From NCBI GenBank assembly GCA_002084955.1, contig MZGJ01000006.1, forward strand, positions 2,027 to 66,026: 64,000 nucleotides of DNA. Reading direction: 5' to 3'. The notes beneath the pieces were generated by a model that saw only the letters and a program-made list of their open reading frames with translations, was not told the DNA's origin and made no database searches. Made by a program: the position numbers and the translations under genes. The first letter of the stretch is position 1, and the number at the start of each line of letters is the position of its first letter. Positions 17,451-27,287 of the stretch are shown in pieces. This DNA comes from a candidate division CPR3 bacterium 4484_211. GTDB lineage: Bacteria > Patescibacteriota > 4484-211.

Positions 17451-18329
17451 ATGATTGACTTCATGCGTTACAAGTGGGTTTTTTTCTTGATTTCTGCGCT
17501 GGTGCTGGTCCCGGGGGTAATTTCTTTAGTTATCTGGAGATTAAATCCTTCGGTTGATTTTACCGGAGGGACGCTTTGGGAGGTAAAACTGGAAAAAGTT
17601 GCCTCCCTGCAGGAATTTAAGGGATATTTAGAACAAAAGCTGTCTGAAGAAGACATTACCTTGTCTTTGGTTCAGAAAACTGGGGAAAGAACCTTTTTGT
17701 TAAAGCTTTCCCCGTTGAGTGAAGATCAGAAGGAGACGGTTAAATTAGATATAAAGGAAGATTATGGAGATTTTAAGACTTTAAGGTTTGAAACCGTAGG
17801 GGCCTTAATGGGGAAAGAGCTTCTAATTAAAACTCTTATCGGGATTATTTTGGCCGCCGGGTTTATTCTTTTCTATGTGGCTTGGCGGTTTAAAAATAAA
17901 ATGTACGGAGTTTGCGCTATTTTGGCCATGTTCCACGATACACTTATTGTCTTGGGTATTTTTTCGCTGTTGGGGCATTTTTGGGGAGTGGAGGTGGATA
18001 TACTTTTTGTAACGGCGATTTTAACCGTACTTTCATTTTCTGTTCATGACACGGTGGTGGTTTATGACCGCATCCGTGAGTTGCGCAAGCTGTACCCAAA
18101 AGCGGACTTTACTTATCTGGTAAATCAGGCAATTTCTGAGACTTTGGTGCGGTCGTTGAATAATTCGTTAACTATTATCTTTATGCTTTTAGCTCTGCTT
18201 CTTTTAGGGGGAACGACCATCCGCTGGTTTGTGGTTGCCCTGCTTATTGGTACCATTGCCGGAACCTATTCTTCTACCTTTACCGCCGCCCCGCTTCTGG
18301 TTGTTTGGTATGAACGAACAAAAAAGTGA
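17451..18329 (+). CDS. secF: Protein translocase subunit SecF
   Basis: SVDFTGGT, ETVG, FHD, FSVHDTVVVYDRIRE, RSLNNSLT, GTYSS. Confidence 0.96.
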   Translation: MIDFMRYKWVFFLISALVLVPGVISLVIWRLNPSVDFTGGTLWEVKLEKVASLQEFKGYLEQKLSEEDITLSLVQKTGERTFLLKLSPLSEDQKETVKLDIKEDYGDFKTLRFETVGALMGKELLIKTLIGIILAAGFILFYVAWRFKNKMYGVCAILAMFHDTLIVLGIFSLLGHFWGVEVDILFVTAILTVLSFSVHDTVVVYDRIRELRKLYPKADFTYLVNQAISETLVRSLNNSLTIIFMLLALLLLGGTTIRWFVVALLIGTIAGTYSSTFTAAPLLVVWYERTKK

Positions 18330-18338
18330 AGCTTCACC

Positions 18339-18490
18339 ATTTAATTGTAATAGCAGATTCTTGCCGTGTACCGAATGGTACTGCGGTTAGTCTGCGGTCT
18401 GTGTGCGCAATAAGCATTTGAATGGGGTGACACCCTCAAAGAGGGTGTCACCCCGTTTATTGCTACTGGGCTGGGCATTTATGACCCGTC
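18339..18490. mobile_element. MITE-like element A copy (one arm, hairpin 18424-18454, terminus)
   Basis: GTAATAGCAGATTCTTGCCGTGTACCGAATGG arm; same hairpin with AAA loop; TTTATGACCCG end. Confidence 0.75.
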
Positions 18491-18518
18491 TTTAATAACT
18501 GTGCGATTATAATTAGCT

Positions 18519-19589
18519 ATGTTGAAACCGACAAGTCCCAAGGGTCTGGAGCATAGAAGTAATAGCGAAGATGGTGAGCCTGTCGAGTTAATTAAGCTGA
18601 GTTCTGAAAAGATAAATCTGGCTCCGGCTGAGTTTCCAACCATTACGAAGATGGTTCTTGAGAATATTGAGGAGAACTATGAAACAGAAAAGGGCAGTGT
18701 GTTTAGGGATGTGTTTTTAAACAGAAATGTGGAAAAGCATCCAGAGGTTTATGTAGAGTTTTTGCGTCAGCGTTTAGCGGGCACTAGATACGAACGAATG
18801 ACGGAAGAAGAGAGAGAGGATGAAGTGTTTAATCTCTCGCCGGAATTTAAAAAAATAAAAGCAGAATTTTGTGATGCTTTTAGATGTGAATTGCCCGAAA
18901 CGCCAGAGAAGATTCAAAAGGCTGTGAACCAAGAAGCCAAAATAATTATCACCGGCGTGGTTAGGTTGCTTAACTTTTTTGTTGCAAACCATATTAACAC
19001 GGCTGTTTTTTTAGACAAGTCGGCTAGGTATGCGGCTCATCTCGTCAGGGTTTGCTGGAGAGAGCTCCATTTGTCCCGACAGATGCCAGTGATTACTTTT
19101 ATCAATGTGGGGGGCGAATCTCGTGACGAAAAACTTGAAGAAAACCAGGCGCTGGTATCACATCTTCGGAAAGGCCTATTAAGGCATATGCAGGGGGCTA
19201 GGGTGGCGGTTGTAGATGACTTCGAGTTTACGGGAGACTCTTTGAGGAGAGCGACAAACCTGCTTACTAATGCCTTTCCGGAAGCACAATCTATAAACCC
19301 AGTTTATGCTTTTGACGATGAGCCTTTTTGGTACGGCAAAACTTATGAAGTGGTGGATCCATATGGAGAGGATGCCATAGAAAGCGAGCGTGCTCACACT
19401 AAAATCTTTACCAGGTCCCCAGCGCTGTTGGTTAAGGATCAGCAATTTCTTGCAGAAGCAGATGATTTTATACTCCGGGTGTATAAAGAAGGACTGACAA
19501 AAATGCCTCGGGTGGCTGCTTTAAGAAAAGAGCTTACCAAACTCGCCCAAGTGATTGTAGAAAATACGCGTCTGCTTTCCCAACAGTAA
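18519..19589 (+). CDS. Hypothetical protein with a phosphoribosyltransferase-like motif
   Basis: RVAVVDDFEFTGDSL resembles the type I PRTase PRPP-binding loop. Confidence 0.6.
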   Translation: MLKPTSPKGLEHRSNSEDGEPVELIKLSSEKINLAPAEFPTITKMVLENIEENYETEKGSVFRDVFLNRNVEKHPEVYVEFLRQRLAGTRYERMTEEEREDEVFNLSPEFKKIKAEFCDAFRCELPETPEKIQKAVNQEAKIIITGVVRLLNFFVANHINTAVFLDKSARYAAHLVRVCWRELHLSRQMPVITFINVGGESRDEKLEENQALVSHLRKGLLRHMQGARVAVVDDFEFTGDSLRRATNLLTNAFPEAQSINPVYAFDDEPFWYGKTYEVVDPYGEDAIESERAHTKIFTRSPALLVKDQQFLAEADDFILRVYKEGLTKMPRVAALRKELTKLAQVIVENTRLLSQQ

Positions 19590-19684
19590 GCAACTCTACA
19601 ACATTTCTTAGAATACCAAGCCTATCCCTTTTTCTCTAAGGACTATTCTTAGATGTGTTAGCAGGGCAGAAACGTTTATGTCGT

Positions 19685-20425
19685 CTAGGTAGCAAAAGGG
19701 ACCCTGATAGGAGAGGCAATTCGGGGAGTCCGCTGACGTCTGCCGCTGGGAGGTTTTTCCTGGTTTATTTCTTTTGCGAAAGCGCGGTAGCTAATCAAAC
19801 CTGATTTATGGGATGTAATATCGTCGCCAATCGCCTCCCTGATTAAAGTCAACACTTCGCGCACCCACTGGCTTAGTTTATCGCCGGAGATCCCTTGGAA
19901 CTGTATCTTATCATAGGTCATATCCACAAAAGGTTCTTTTGAACGTTTAAAGAGTAAATGGAAGGGAGATCGTTGGAAACTTTCTGGATCTAGTTTGCTT
20001 GGCCACTCTAGTCCCAGTGTTCCACTTTGATTAATTTCTGCAAAGTCAGCTTGTGTATCCGAAGCAGGGAATTTTTCTATTTTACCGAACTCGATAATCA
20101 TGCGGTGGCCGCCTTGCGGTTGATCGGGGTTTTCTCTAAAAAAGGTTAATTTTACTGGTCGGTTGCCTACTATGGCTACAAGTTCATATTTATTATAAAT
20201 AGAATCTTTGATTTGCCGTGCGGGGTCTTTATTTTCCAAATAGGCTGAACCGACATTGAAGATATGTTCTATTAGATAGCGTGCCTGGTTGCGCGCACTC
20301 GCACAGCGATTCCAGATATAATGTGCCTCTTTTTCTGTAAGCACACCTCTTTCGCTGGTGTGATCTGCAGTTAAGGGAGAAACCTCTGTTGATGTTTCGG
20401 CATTCGGCCGGCTTAACGCTGTCAT
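19685..20425 (-). CDS. Hypothetical protein
   Basis: 246-aa ORF filling the gap; no motif recognised. Confidence 0.55.
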   Translation of the reverse strand: MTALSRPNAETSTEVSPLTADHTSERGVLTEKEAHYIWNRCASARNQARYLIEHIFNVGSAYLENKDPARQIKDSIYNKYELVAIVGNRPVKLTFFRENPDQPQGGHRMIIEFGKIEKFPASDTQADFAEINQSGTLGLEWPSKLDPESFQRSPFHLLFKRSKEPFVDMTYDKIQFQGISGDKLSQWVREVLTLIREAIGDDITSHKSGLISYRAFAKEINQEKPPSGRRQRTPRIASPIRVPFAT

Positions 20426-20551
20426 TGGCTATTTTTTGCAAGCTGTTGAGAATAGTATAAAGAATAACAAATAGAATTGGAATAGCCAACAAGCAAGTTC
20501 CCTAATCCTCTGAGGGCTGTCCTTAGTCTTATCGGTTTTGGTGTCTTTTGG

Positions 20552-21481
20552 TCATCTAAATTTGGGACTTATGGTGCTGTGCATAAAGTCTATTGCTGTC
20601 TGGTCGGGGTTGCCCGGGGTGGTGCGTACATCCCATAAGTTTCCGCCTTGGCTTTTATCGCCGAAGACATATTTAAAAACTTCGGCAAAATCATCCAGCA
20701 GGGACTCTTTCATGTTGTTGGTGGGACGCAGTTTGGAATATTGTGCCTGTTCACTTTGGGACAAAAGAGGCCAAACGATTCTTCCGACGCAGTGGGTGGT
20801 CTCGGCGGTCAGATCGCCGCCGGCCAGATCTGTGTTAAGCTGGATTATTTGGTAGGAAGGATCAACGGCGAGATGCTTCTGGTACTCTAAAGTGCCTACC
20901 GGCCGCTTGAGTTGGTTCATTACCACCTTAACATTCATTCCTCCGTAATCTTTGTCTTGCATGATGACCAGAGCGTAGTTGTTCAGGATAGATTTTTTAA
21001 CTTGTAAATAGGAAAAGGCGGCCATAATTGTCTTCTTGGTGGTTGAATCCAGGGGCGCGTTTTTAATATTGTCCACGGGATCGTTGGTATTGTCTAAGTC
21101 AAAAAAACATATTTCGTAGGGGGTGGTGACGCAATCTGGTGCCGGAGTTGGTGAGGGAGATGTTGTTGGTGTGGGTGTGGGGAAGATGATATCGCCGGGT
21201 GGAGTAGTAATGGGAGTTAATTCCAGCCCTTTAGGTGTTGGGCTGGGGAAAGGAGTGGGAATAACAGTGGCGGGCGGTGTGGTCCTTGCAGGGTTTGGTG
21301 TGGTATTTACGGGGCGGGGTTGGTAGAGAGATTTCATGTTGTTGAGACTTTCTTCTTGGCGGGTTCCTTGATTAAGTAAAGGCTGAAACAAAGGAGAGGT
21401 GCGGTCGGTATGTACTTTGAGAAATAATGCTCCGACCAAAAGAACTATACAGGTGATGGTAATTAAAATGGGAATTCGCAT
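20552..21481 (-). CDS. Membrane-anchored protein with Pro/Thr linker and degenerate zincin-like domain
   Basis: N-terminal TM, PTP-rich linker, AETTH and DDFAEVF motifs. Confidence 0.7.
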   Translation of the reverse strand: MRIPILITITCIVLLVGALFLKVHTDRTSPLFQPLLNQGTRQEESLNNMKSLYQPRPVNTTPNPARTTPPATVIPTPFPSPTPKGLELTPITTPPGDIIFPTPTPTTSPSPTPAPDCVTTPYEICFFDLDNTNDPVDNIKNAPLDSTTKKTIMAAFSYLQVKKSILNNYALVIMQDKDYGGMNVKVVMNQLKRPVGTLEYQKHLAVDPSYQIIQLNTDLAGGDLTAETTHCVGRIVWPLLSQSEQAQYSKLRPTNNMKESLLDDFAEVFKYVFGDKSQGGNLWDVRTTPGNPDQTAIDFMHSTISPKFR

Positions 21482-21594
21482 TTCGTTGTCAACTTAAAAC
21501 AAAATGGTCTGTTTGTCTTTTTGTTTTAACACCGGCTTGGGCTACTTCTAAAGTTTGGGCTTAATTAGGGACAAACCTAATTTCTAGTCATTAT

Positions 21595-21855
21595 GGTCGG
21601 GACATGGTTTCAAAATTTAACCGTGAAGCTCCTCCTGCTTGGAAGCGGATGTGTTTTTCCTGCAGGATCCCACTCCTTAAAGAGCGAAAACCCCGAACCG
21701 AAAGCCACTTATCTACGCTCCTGTCGGTGTGGCTCTCCGCTTCGCGGGTAATAGCAGACTTTAATCTGCTTCCCTGAATCGCAGACTGACCGCATCACCA
21801 CAAGGGTACCCGGCAAGAGTTCGCTGTTACAACCAAGTTGACCATTTATGACCCC
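21595..21855. mobile_element. MITE-like element A copy lacking the hairpin and carrying a nested element B
   Basis: Ends GGTCGGGACATGG and TTTATGACCCC; arm remnants; 19-bp direct repeats at 21576-21594 and 21854-21872. Confidence 0.65.
21623..21747 (-). mobile_element. Non-autonomous IS200/IS605-type element B (125 bp)
   Basis: On the minus strand it follows TTAC and ends GCTTCAC; no target duplication; empty site at 17330-17345; homologous copy at 42270-42391. Confidence 0.7.
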
Positions 21856-21908
21856 TAATTTCTAGTTATTATATAACACCCGCAGGTCTTGTGGTATCAT
21901 TAGAACTG

Positions 21909-22949
21909 ATGCGGTTTGTTACCAACCTTGGTCGGTCTCAACTTGAGGGGAAAAAAGTTTTGGTTAGAGCAGACTTGGATGTGAAAATTAACCAGGGGTT
22001 GGTAGGGGATAATTTTAGACTGCGGGCAATTACGGAGACTCTCCAGTATCTGGTTGGGAACCATGCTAAATTGATTTTGGCGGGGCATCTGGATCGTCCG
22101 GGCGGTCGGGTTGTTGATTCGCTGCGCATGAGTCCGGTAGTTGACGAACTCCGTTCTCTGCTGGCGTCTGTGAGGGTAAAAAGTGTAGATCGAGTTTTGG
22201 GGCCAAGCGTTCTGGAAGAGGTAAAAAAACTTGAGGACGGGGAAATTTTAGTTTTGGAAAATGTCCGTTTTTGCCCCGGTGAGGAGAAAAACGAAGATCT
22301 GTTTGCGCAAAGGCTGTCATCATTGGCCGATTTGTTTGTTAATGAGTGTTTCGCAACCTGCCACCGTTGTCATGCTTCTATTGTGGGCGTGCCTCAATAC
22401 CTGCCTTCTTTTGCGGGAATACGGCTGGGGCGTGAAATTGAGACCTTGTTGCGTGTACGGGAAGCTCCTAAGCGCCCACTGATCTTTATTATCGGCGGGG
22501 CGAAGAAGGATAAGATTGAATTCGTTAAGGCCGTTTCTCAGTTTGCTGATCAAATTCTTTTGGGAGGAACTTTGATGTTTGCCCGGGAGTTGGAAGGTGT
22601 TCCCAAGGTTCTGTTTCCGGTGGATGCGGTGCGGGTTGATGACATTGGCCCTCGGTCGGTTTCGCTCTTTTGCAAAACTATCAAAGAAGCCGGGACAATT
22701 GTCTGGGCTGGGCCAATGGGAAGATTTGAACAAGATGAGTATATGATGGGTACGCGCAAAATTGCCCAATGTGCAGCAGAAAGCTGCGCCTTCAGCGTGG
22801 CGGGGGGAGGAGACACTTTGGCGGCTTTGGGTCAGGTGGGATTGCGGGATAAGTTTGATTTTTGTTCTACCGGCGGGGGGGCGATGTTAAAATTTCTGTC
22901 AAAGGGAACCTTGCCGGGGATTGAAGCTTTAGAAGTAAATCGTGAGTAA
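21909..22949 (+). CDS. pgk: Phosphoglycerate kinase
   Basis: VLVRADLDV, GHLDRP, LENVRF, GGAK, GGGDT, STGGGAML. Confidence 0.96.
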   Translation: MRFVTNLGRSQLEGKKVLVRADLDVKINQGLVGDNFRLRAITETLQYLVGNHAKLILAGHLDRPGGRVVDSLRMSPVVDELRSLLASVRVKSVDRVLGPSVLEEVKKLEDGEILVLENVRFCPGEEKNEDLFAQRLSSLADLFVNECFATCHRCHASIVGVPQYLPSFAGIRLGREIETLLRVREAPKRPLIFIIGGAKKDKIEFVKAVSQFADQILLGGTLMFARELEGVPKVLFPVDAVRVDDIGPRSVSLFCKTIKEAGTIVWAGPMGRFEQDEYMMGTRKIAQCAAESCAFSVAGGGDTLAALGQVGLRDKFDFCSTGGGAMLKFLSKGTLPGIEALEVNRE

Positions 22950-23072
22950 CGGCGGATTTTAGTCCGCACTCAAAATTTTGTAATAGGCAAATCTTGCCAT
23001 TTGGTGACAGTTCTCTATTGTCGCGATAAATCTAAAAGCGCGCTGCTGCAGTTATACTTAATTTGCTTGAAT

Positions 23073-23756
23073 ATGCTCGTTATTGCCAATTGGAAATTGC
23101 ATTTTGATTATCAAGAAGCGCGGAAGTGGGTGCAGAATTTTGCCGGCTCCGTTAAAGGAACAGGCTTGCCGGAGGTGGTGATTGCGCCGTCTTTTCTTTT
23201 GGTTCCTGCTCTCAAGAAAGAATTGGCGGCGAGGGATTTGAAGGTGAAGATTGGCGCTCAGACTGTTTCCTCGTTTGAACAGGGGTCATATACCGGCGAG
23301 GTTTCAGCCCGGCAATTAAGTGAGTGGGTTAACTATGTAATTATTGGTCATTCAGAAAGGAGAAAGTATTTCGGCGAAACCGATAAAGATGTGGTGGAGA
23401 AGGTACGCCGGGCACTTAGGCATCAGATAACGCCGGTGATTTGTGTGAGCGAGTTGTCTCAAGTTGATTGTTTGGTTAGGGAGGATTTTAAAAATAAGAA
23501 TCTGGTGGTGGCCTATGAGCCGCTTTTTGCTATTGGATCAGGCAGACCGGATACACCGCAAAATATTTCTTTGGTGGTGGATAAAATCTGTGATAGGCTT
23601 GAACGCCGGGTCAGGGTATTATATGGAGGCAGTGTGAGTGCAGATAATGCGGCGGGCATTTTGAAGCAGGGGAATGTTGACGGATTTCTGGTGGGGAGGG
23701 CCAGTTTAGACCCGGTGGGGTTTGCGGAGCTTGTTAAAACTTTAGTGCGCTGTTAA
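23073..23756 (+). CDS. tpiA: Triosephosphate isomerase
   Basis: ANWK, IGHSERR, AYEPLFAIG, LYGGSV, LVGRASL. Confidence 0.96.
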   Translation: MLVIANWKLHFDYQEARKWVQNFAGSVKGTGLPEVVIAPSFLLVPALKKELAARDLKVKIGAQTVSSFEQGSYTGEVSARQLSEWVNYVIIGHSERRKYFGETDKDVVEKVRRALRHQITPVICVSELSQVDCLVREDFKNKNLVVAYEPLFAIGSGRPDTPQNISLVVDKICDRLERRVRVLYGGSVSADNAAGILKQGNVDGFLVGRASLDPVGFAELVKTLVRC

Positions 23757-23758
23757 TC

Positions 23759-24916
23759 ATGTCCTATGTAGATCTTGGTACCATTTCAACTAAATCAGAA
23801 AAAAGGGGGGGGAGTAAGATTGGTGTTAGGGTTCCCGGGAAATTATTGCTGCTTGGGGTGTTGCTTGTTTTTTTAATATTAGGCTTTCGTTTGCTTATTT
23901 CTTCATCTCCCACCGTTTTGGCTCAGTTCTGGTCAACTTCGGGCCAGGTTATTTCTTTTATGATTCCCGGGAGATCTCATCTGCTGGAAGATGAAGGTGT
24001 TACCAATGTGTTGCTGGTGGGAATAGATAAGCGATCAGAGGTTCCCTATTCCTACACCACAGCCAGCGGGCAGGTGGTAAAAAATGGCTTTTTGGCAGAT
24101 ACGATTATTATTGCCTCCCTAAATAGGAAGACAAGCTCTGTGAGTATGCTTTCTATTCCCCGTGACCTTTGGGTAAAAATGCCGGCCTTTGGCAATCTTT
24201 CGCCTCAGTATTCTAAGATCAACGCCGCCCATGCCTTGGGGGATCAGTTTGGAGGCCAGGAGAATGGCGGGATGTTGCTGCTTAAGGAGGTGGTGGAGCA
24301 GATTTTAGATATTCCCATTCACTATTGGGTGAGAATTGATTTTGCCGGTTTTGAGAAAGGAATAGATGCCATTGAAGGTATTGATGTGGTGGTAGAGCGC
24401 ACTTTTGATGATTATATGTTTCCTCGCCCTGGGTATGAAAATGCTCCCTGGAATCAACGGTGGGAGCATGTTCATTTTGATGCCGGTTTGCAGCATATGG
24501 ACGGGGCTACTGCCTTGGAATATGCTCGATCGCGGCATGCTTTAGGAGTAGAGGGGTCAGATTTTGCCAGGTCCAGGCGCCAGCAAAAGGTGATTATTGC
24601 CGCCAAGAATAAAATTTTGTCTTCTTCCACCCTCTTTAACACGGCAAAATTAAAGGAGCTTTATGAGGTGGTGTCTGATCATGTGAGAACCAATGTCAAA
24701 CTTTCCGAATTCCCGCTTTTCTTTTCCTTGGCGAAACAGTTCTCCGACAAGGAGGTGAAAACTTACAGTCTTACCGATGAAACAGAAAATCTCCTCGCTG
24801 CTCCGACGGATCTTTCTTTATATGGCGGAGCCTGGGTTTTGGTGCCGGCGGCCGGAGGTGAAGACTTTTCGGATGTACAGGGTTTTGTGAAGGGTATTTT
24901 TTATGAACGTGAATAG
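23759..24916 (+). CDS. LytR-CpsA-Psr (LCP) family protein
   Basis: NVLLVGID, ADTII, SIPRDLWV, KINAAH, ALEYARSRH, SDFARSRRQQKVI. Confidence 0.93.
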   Translation: MSYVDLGTISTKSEKRGGSKIGVRVPGKLLLLGVLLVFLILGFRLLISSSPTVLAQFWSTSGQVISFMIPGRSHLLEDEGVTNVLLVGIDKRSEVPYSYTTASGQVVKNGFLADTIIIASLNRKTSSVSMLSIPRDLWVKMPAFGNLSPQYSKINAAHALGDQFGGQENGGMLLLKEVVEQILDIPIHYWVRIDFAGFEKGIDAIEGIDVVVERTFDDYMFPRPGYENAPWNQRWEHVHFDAGLQHMDGATALEYARSRHALGVEGSDFARSRRQQKVIIAAKNKILSSSTLFNTAKLKELYEVVSDHVRTNVKLSEFPLFFSLAKQFSDKEVKTYSLTDETENLLAAPTDLSLYGGAWVLVPAAGGEDFSDVQGFVKGIFYERE

Positions 24917-24931
24917 GAAGAAGGTTCTATT

Positions 24932-25005
24932 GGAAAGCCGCGCCGGCAAGGGTCTGGACGAGTGGCTTTCGGTTCAGGGTTCCGCTTCTAAGGCGGCGGA
25001 GCTTT
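24932..25005 (+). mobile_element. Internally deleted element B remnant
   Basis: AGTGGCTTTCGGTTCAGGGTT and CCGCTTCTAAGGCGGCGGAGCTT match the reverse complement of 21623-21747. Confidence 0.55.
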
Positions 25006-25017
25006 GCTTAATAGCCT

Positions 25018-25896
25018 CTAATTTTTTAAAAAGTTTTCAAACTTATTTCGAAACTGGTCAAAGAGATCTTTTGATAAATTGCCTTTGGGGACATGGGTTT
25101 CCCAGGGGATAAAAATTACCTGGTGATTCGGGGCAATTTTTTTTAAGAAATTGAGGTTTTGGTCGCTGTCATAGTATTGATTTTTTTTGGTTTCTATAAT
25201 TAGGGTCGGCTGGGTAATTTGTATGTCTAGATTTTTAAGATGAGTCTTGGCTAGGTCATTTAGGGACTGCAGCCAGACGGTAAAATTCATCGCTCGCCAT
25301 TGTTTTATTTCGAACTCAATGACCTCCCTATTATTTGCGTACTCCGGCAAGGTCTTTTCCTGAATAAACCTCATTAAAAAGTCGTTGTTGATTATTTTTT
25401 GAATGAGCCAGGGGATTAACCTTGTTTTAAGAAGGAAGGGGGCGAGGAATTTTGCCAGGGCGGCTTTTTTTTTGGTGGCTGGGGTGAAAAAGGAACTGTC
25501 GGCCGGGGTGGCAATTAAGATATTTTTAGATACCCGATTCTTTATCAGAGGATACAAACGGAGGCAGATAATTCCTCCCATAGATCCGCCCATGAGGATA
25601 AGATTTTTTAACTCTAGTTTTTCTATAAATTCTTTTAGGGTTTGTGCATATTTTTGCATCGTGTGGGGAGCGTTTTGATAGGGGGGTGTTTGGCCGCAGC
25701 CGGGAAGATCGGGAGCGATGACGGAGACATAATCGGATAGAGATTGCAAAAGCCCCTGGTAGCGGAGAGCGTCAGACCGGTGCCCGTGGATAAAGAGCAG
25801 AGTGGGGCCGGAACCGAAGGTGTAATAATAAATTTTTTCGTGTTGGAGTTGTAGGTATTGTCCTTTAAAATTCAAATGAGCATTAAAGTTTTGCAA
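25018..25896 (-). CDS. Alpha/beta hydrolase
   Basis: LLFIHG, IAPDLPGCG, GGSMGG nucleophile elbow. Confidence 0.88.
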   Translation of the reverse strand: MQNFNAHLNFKGQYLQLQHEKIYYYTFGSGPTLLFIHGHRSDALRYQGLLQSLSDYVSVIAPDLPGCGQTPPYQNAPHTMQKYAQTLKEFIEKLELKNLILMGGSMGGIICLRLYPLIKNRVSKNILIATPADSSFFTPATKKKAALAKFLAPFLLKTRLIPWLIQKIINNDFLMRFIQEKTLPEYANNREVIEFEIKQWRAMNFTVWLQSLNDLAKTHLKNLDIQITQPTLIIETKKNQYYDSDQNLNFLKKIAPNHQVIFIPWETHVPKGNLSKDLFDQFRNKFENFLKN

Positions 25897-26092
25897 ATTT
25901 TAGTGATGTGTTTTGCCGAGGTTAGGCTTGTCTCAGCGTGCCCCGCCGTGTTCTGTGAAAAACTGCAAAACTTTGGTAATTAAAGAGCAGGTAATTCCTA
26001 GGGATTCAAGACACTATTTTAATTTAAAATCGGGTTGGTTGCCAAACAACTGCGGTTTACAATGTTGGTAATTCTAGGTTATATTGTACATC

Positions 26093-27229
26093 ATGAAGGT
26101 CGCACTTGTTTGTCCATACCGTCTGTCGGCCCCCGGGGGGGTGCAGGAGCACATCCGCAGCTTGGCGGGGCAGTTGCGCGGCTGGGGGCATGAAGCAATA
26201 ATTATCGCTCCCGGACGCGGCCGAACCCGAAAGACCAAAGAGGAGTTATTTATTGGGCAGGCGGTAAAAGTTCCTACGCAAAATAAAAGCTGGGCTTTTG
26301 CTAGTTTTTACTTTAGTCCCAATTTTGGTTCTCTGCGAAACTTTATTGAAGATTACCGGTTTGATCTGATCCATTTCCACTCGCCAATGACGCCTTTTTT
26401 GTCGTGGCAGATACTTCAGGCTTCAAACACCGTTAATGTGGCCACTTTTCACAGTGAATGGGGGGTTGCCAATTCTTTGCTAATGAACTCGCTTGATTTT
26501 TTGGTGCATCCCTTAATCGGCAAGATCAAAGAGAAACTGTCCGGAGTGATTGCTGTTTCCGAGGTGGCCAAGCAAAGCTGGCGTGAAATTTTTGACGGTT
26601 CTTTACCTCAGGCGGTAATTCCCAATGGAGTTAATCTGCGGCGCTTCAATACTAAAGTTCCTATGGTGAGGGTCTTTGGCGGCAAACCGACCATTTTGTT
26701 TGTGGGGCGGATTGAAGCTCGGAAAGGCCTAAAGTATTTATTGGAAGCTTTTAAAAAAGTATGTCTAAGAATAGAGAAAGCGCGGCTGGTGATCGTTGGA
26801 TCGGGGCCGTTGGCGCTGATTTCTAAGTTATGGGTTAAAAAAGAAGGACTGGACGGCAAGATATTTTTTGCCGGTAGGCTGCCGGGGGAGATTCTGCCGT
26901 CCTATTTCCGCGGAGCTGATGTTTTTTGCTCACCGGCGACTGGTGGTGAGAGTTTTGGCATTGTTCTGCTGGAGGCTATGGCTTCCGGTGTGCCGGTGGT
27001 GGCTTTTGGAAACCCTGGATACCGCGAGGTTTTAAAGAATTGTCCTGTTCAGGGAGTGTTAGTTCCCAATAAGGATGTTGATGCCCTGGCTGAAAGTTTG
27101 GTGAAATTTCTGGGCAGTGACGAATTGAGGAGAAAGACTGTTAAATGGGGTTTGGGCGAGGTAAGGAAATACGATTGGCCGCTTATTGCCCGGAAAGTTT
27201 TTCAGTTTTATCAACGAGTTTTGGGGTAG
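26093..27229 (+). CDS. GT4 glycosyltransferase (PimA-like)
   Basis: MKVALVCPY..PGGVQEH, FVGRIEARKG, ESFGIVLLEAMASG. Confidence 0.9.
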   Translation: MKVALVCPYRLSAPGGVQEHIRSLAGQLRGWGHEAIIIAPGRGRTRKTKEELFIGQAVKVPTQNKSWAFASFYFSPNFGSLRNFIEDYRFDLIHFHSPMTPFLSWQILQASNTVNVATFHSEWGVANSLLMNSLDFLVHPLIGKIKEKLSGVIAVSEVAKQSWREIFDGSLPQAVIPNGVNLRRFNTKVPMVRVFGGKPTILFVGRIEARKGLKYLLEAFKKVCLRIEKARLVIVGSGPLALISKLWVKKEGLDGKIFFAGRLPGEILPSYFRGADVFCSPATGGESFGIVLLEAMASGVPVVAFGNPGYREVLKNCPVQGVLVPNKDVDALAESLVKFLGSDELRRKTVKWGLGEVRKYDWPLIARKVFQFYQRVLG

Positions 27230-27287
27230 GGCGTTTATTTTTAGTTGAAAGCGTTGGTATAATAAAAGGGAAAGGAGGTGATGACCG

